Shown: positions 27,407 to 30,588 of the stretch, in pieces
Layout: the number at the start of each line of letters is the position of its first letter
Position numbering within the stretch: the first letter of the stretch is position 1
DNA from: Nitrospiraceae bacterium
Lineage (GTDB): Bacteria > Nitrospirota > Nitrospiria > Nitrospirales > Nitrospiraceae
Assembly: GCA_050246315.1 (NCBI GenBank)
Contig: JBFWWG010000022.1
Span: 1-30,588, forward strand
DNA: 30,588 nucleotides
Reading direction: 5' to 3'
Notes under the pieces: model-generated
The model's input: the letters and a program-made list of their open reading frames with translations, nothing else
Databases searched by the model: none
What the model was told of the DNA's origin: nothing
Position numbers and translations under genes: made by a program

Positions 27407-27802
27407 TTAGGAATTCGACGTCTTGGTTCCCGGAAAGGGAGGTTCCCATCCCTTCAAACGATCAATCAACGGCTGCGCCCCGGGCGAACTGGAGAGGCGC
27501 GGCTCGCTCGCCGGATGTTCCCAGATGAGCATTGTGATCCCGGCCTCCGCCAGCATGGTACGAATGGTTTCGACCAACGCTTCCAACGTCACCTCCGTAC
27601 CCCATCGCAAGTCAAGTACCCGTTCTTGTTGCGTGGTCGGAGGCGGCCCCTCGTGCACCAACGCCCAGCACCGATCGAAGATCTCACCGCGCAGGGCCTT
27701 GGGGATATTCAACGTCGGCAATTCGGAGGTGCAGAGAGCCGTGACGAACAAGACAAATTGGAGATCCTCCATCTCTGGCCGGTTGACATCGAGGCGAGGC
27801 AT
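27407..27802 (-). CDS. Hypothetical protein (131 aa)
   Basis: MPRLDVNRPEMEDLQFVLFVTALCTSEL...; protein-like composition; divergent from the MoaD-like gene. Confidence 0.7.
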   Translation of the reverse strand: MPRLDVNRPEMEDLQFVLFVTALCTSELPTLNIPKALRGEIFDRCWALVHEGPPPTTQQERVLDLRWGTEVTLEALVETIRTMLAEAGITMLIWEHPASEPRLSSSPGAQPLIDRLKGWEPPFPGTKTSNS

Positions 27803-27901
27803 ACGGTTTCCTATAGCGCCAGGCGCACCGACTTCCCAGGGTGGCTTGACCAACACCCCGGCCCGGAATCTGGCATCCACCCGTTCAACGGAGTGACGGC
27901 A

Positions 27902-28180
27902 ATGGTCACGATTACGCTCATGGGGCAACTGCAAACCGATGATGGGGAACGGGATTTCACCTGCGAAGTTCCCGGCCCCGTCAGCGTCAAACAACTCATT
28001 CAGCGCCAAGGTGTGACCTTGCGCCCGGTGCTGCAATTATTGCGCGAGAAGAAAGTGCTTGTCACCGTGAATAAAAAGATCGCCAGCGAAGATTCGCTGG
28101 TGAACGATGGCGACGCGGTTCGCCTCGTCGGCCATGACGGCATGGGCGGCACCGGGCTTGGTCCATCCTCTTTTTATTGA
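27902..28180 (+). CDS. MoaD/ThiS-like ubiquitin-fold protein with an internal GG
   Basis: MVTITLMGQL..., SVKQLI, LVTVN....DSLVNDGDAVRLV beta-grasp pattern; GG at residues 82-83 followed by TGLGPSSFY; SD GGAG. Confidence 0.78.
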   Translation: MVTITLMGQLQTDDGERDFTCEVPGPVSVKQLIQRQGVTLRPVLQLLREKKVLVTVNKKIASEDSLVNDGDAVRLVGHDGMGGTGLGPSSFY

Positions 28181-28262
28181 GGGCCTACCGCCTCGCTCGG
28201 GCCCTCGCTCCAGCCCGCCGACGATTCCCTATTGGTCGCCCTGCATCACCAGGCACGGAATG

Positions 28263-28305
28263 CAGCGGGCCGACTCCCCACCATGAGGAAGGAGTCGGCC
28301 CGTTG
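28263..28305. terminator. Strong hairpin between convergent genes
   Basis: CAGCGGGCCGACTCC / GGAGTCGGCCCGTTG 15 bp stem; no clear U-tract. Confidence 0.5.
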
Positions 28306-28404
28306 ATGTCGGAATCACGAACAGGAGGATGAGGGCGGAGGTTTATCGGTTAGAACCTTCGTCGCTGTCGCATCCACTCCAGCGTTACTCCACCTGACAT
28401 CTGG

Positions 28405-28692
28405 TTACTTCTTTCCGAGGATCGCATCCTTGGCCATCTTGGCGACTCGAAATTTGACGACGCGCTTGGCCGGAATTTTGATGGGTTCGCCGGTCTGAGG
28501 ATTGCGGCCCATACGCGCCTTTCGGTTCGCCAACACCAGCTTGCCGATCCCCGGGAGGACAAACGTGTTCTTCGCCTCCTTGTATGCCAACGCGGACAGA
28601 TCCTCAAGGATCTGCACGGCGGTCTTCTTGGTAATCCCCGCCTTGTTTGCCAGGTGATCGGCGATCTGCGACTTCGTCATCGATTTGGCCAT
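28405..28692 (-). CDS. hup: HU-family DNA-binding protein
   Basis: MTKSQIADHLA, LPGIGKL, RKARMGRNPQTGEPIKIPAKRVVKFR. Confidence 0.95.
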   Translation of the reverse strand: MAKSMTKSQIADHLANKAGITKKTAVQILEDLSALAYKEAKNTFVLPGIGKLVLANRKARMGRNPQTGEPIKIPAKRVVKFRVAKMAKDAILGKK

Positions 28693-29011
28693 TGAGAACC
28701 TCCTTGGAAGAGAGTAGGTGATTGATGAACAGCTCAGTTGTTGATGTGGATGAGCAGGTTTCGAGTTAGGCTCGAACGTCACAATTGGGAAGGGAACCGA
28801 GTGGTCCCGCTACGAGCCGGGCGAGAGTGTATCGAACACCTCCCACCCTGTCAACGAGAAAAACGGGCCTAGGGCGCGCCAGATGCTGTGTTCATCAAGG
28901 TCCGAGCCCCTTGCAGGTGAGGCAGGCCGAGGGGTACCATATCTCTCCGCGTCTCCGGTGAGCCATCCGGAGGGAGGACACAACCCAGAAAACGAATGAG
29001 ACGAAACCACC

Positions 29012-29566
29012 ATGGGGAAAGAACTTCCAGTTGTCCCGGCACCGTCATCCGTTGATCCGAAAAGCGGTGAAGCCTACATCTTCACGCGCGTCTTCTGCCT
29101 GCGCGAGAATTCCCCGCCGTTGAAATTGCTCTTTGATTTTCTCAGATCTCGCAATCAACAGCCGATCCTCCCGCCGGTGGAGCCCGAGGCATTAGAGGAT
29201 TGGGCCTGGGTCCAGGTGTCGCTCGGGTACAACAGCGAGCGGAAACCTATCCAAGTTTTCTGCTTGAGAGACCGCGGCACATACAAGGACGCATTGGAAC
29301 AGGAGCGGGCTCACTTTCTGGATCAGCTCTCGGTCCTCGACGACGTGGAAGCCCAGCTCGTCCGCGAATATGTCTCCCGTGCCAAATTTCTCCTGACCAC
29401 GCGCATGGCGAAGAACGACATCACCGACGAAGGTTACGACTTCAACGGGTGGATCCTTCAGTTCTACCAGGAAAATTGCGACGGCATCGTGCAGGTGGAC
29501 GGGCAAGGGTTCTATTCGCCCTCCGGCGAACTCGTGGTGGAGTTTTACGAACCCACCACCGAATAG
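29012..29566 (+). CDS. Hypothetical protein (184 aa)
   Basis: ATG start, protein-like composition, genome-typical codon usage; no domain recognised. Confidence 0.78.
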   Translation: MGKELPVVPAPSSVDPKSGEAYIFTRVFCLRENSPPLKLLFDFLRSRNQQPILPPVEPEALEDWAWVQVSLGYNSERKPIQVFCLRDRGTYKDALEQERAHFLDQLSVLDDVEAQLVREYVSRAKFLLTTRMAKNDITDEGYDFNGWILQFYQENCDGIVQVDGQGFYSPSGELVVEFYEPTTE

Positions 29567-29572
29567 ATTCGA

Positions 29573-30193
29573 TTGTCCTTCCATCTCGAAGGCCTGATCC
29601 GGCTCACCAGACAAGCGGACCTGTGGTTTCAGCGGGCACGGGCCTCGTTGTCGGGCACGATCCCTTGCGGGAAGGGTTGCCATCGCTGCTGTATCGGCCC
29701 CTTCGCCATCACGCGACTGGATGTGGAGCGGTTGCAGCGGGGACTCCGTTGTTTGGCGGTGGAAGATCGTCGGGCTATTCAAGACGAAGCGGCCCGCCAG
29801 GTGTCCGTCATGGAACGGGCCTTCCCCGCCCTACGGCATTCTCCCTCGCTCGACGACTGGGACGATTTGGATATCGACAGCCTCGTCGAACAGTTCGCCT
29901 CTCTCCCTTGTCCGGCGCTCCGCCCCGATGGGAGTTGCCGAGTCTATGAAACCCGACCGCTGACCTGCCGCCTCATGGGCATTCCAACGGACGACGGCGA
30001 GATGGCGCGGGGCGCCTGTGAGGTGCAGACCTCCGTGCCGATCATTCGTCTGAGCCAATCGTTCCGCCGAGAGGAGGAACGTCTCGCTGAACTCGAATCG
30101 GCCCTGCTGTCGGTCCGACACACGAAGGTCGATGACTCGTTGCAACAAGGCGAAGAGGTCCTGCTGCCCTATGGCTTCCTCGATCAACCGTGA
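29573..30193 (+). CDS. YkgJ-family (CxxCxxCC) cysteine-cluster protein
   Basis: IPCGKGCHRCC, CPAL..DGSCRVYETRPLTCR; TTG start uncertain. Confidence 0.88.
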   Translation: MSFHLEGLIRLTRQADLWFQRARASLSGTIPCGKGCHRCCIGPFAITRLDVERLQRGLRCLAVEDRRAIQDEAARQVSVMERAFPALRHSPSLDDWDDLDIDSLVEQFASLPCPALRPDGSCRVYETRPLTCRLMGIPTDDGEMARGACEVQTSVPIIRLSQSFRREEERLAELESALLSVRHTKVDDSLQQGEEVLLPYGFLDQP

Positions 30194-30327
30194 CCGACAT
30201 GGTCTCGACGATTGAAGCGAGCGCTCGTCGGATGCCTATGAGGCTATAATCGGATCACGCGGAAAGCGCCCTCCCCATCCTAGACAGTCAGATCAAGGCT
30301 ATGGTATGGTCCTTCGCTCGACTCGCT

Positions 30328-30403
30328 GCGCCTGTAGCTCAGTGGATAGAGCACTGGCCTCCGGAGCCAGGGGCCACAGGTTCAAATCCTGTCAGGCGCG
30401 CCA
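30328..30403 (+). tRNA. tRNA-Arg(CCG)
   Basis: GCGCCTGTAGCTCAGTGGATAGAGCACTGGCCTCCGGAGCCAGGGGCCACAGGTTCAAATCCTGTCAGGCGCGCCA, 76 nt. Confidence 0.97.
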
Positions 30404-30512
30404 TACCAAGCTTGCTGATCTCCCCGGCTCATCGGGTAAAGTCTCCTTCCTGCGCCGGTGGGATGACACTTGGTTTGATCGAATTACGGCATAGTCGAAA
30501 TTGAACTTGGTG

Positions 30513-30588
<76 letters not shown>

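Noticed and set aside
26972..27901. 402 aa ORF 26972-28180 as a single gene
   Set aside because: Only the last 92 codons (from ATG 27902, with SD) look real; the rest overlaps rfbC, the MITE and a minus-strand gene.

Overview
GC-rich bacterial chromosomal segment, probably Nitrospira/Nitrospirota (inferred from gene style and content, not verified by search). Left part: partial Tat-exported YcbK/DUF882 gene, gltX-tRNA-Gln(CTG)-tRNA-Gln(TTG)-glnS, a complete ISC Fe-S locus (rrf2/iscR-iscS-iscU-iscA-hscB-hscA-iscX) with fdx moved to the divergent strand, PBP1A, typA, and a peroxiredoxin plus thioredoxin-like pair. Right part: tandem-domain PTPS/QueD-like gene, erpA, a PerR-rubrerythrin-FeS oxidoreductase-DUF3501 cluster, rfbC, a MITE, a MoaD/ThiS-like protein, HU, a YkgJ-like protein, tRNA-Arg(CCG) and tRNA-Lys(CTT). 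The most notable region is an accessory module at about 16.6-21.9 kb. It holds three paralogous secreted cupredoxin-fold proteins, two with a nitrosocyanin-like His...Cys-x2-His-x3-His ligand set and no axial Met. Each paralog has its own sigma54 (-24/-12) promoter, and a GAF-AAA+-HTH sigma54 activator lies divergent. A tandem CC(GT/AC)-N8-ACGG enhancer-like element recurs exactly 116 bp from two of the promoters. A fourth, divergent sigma54 promoter points into a long orphan or eroded reading frame.
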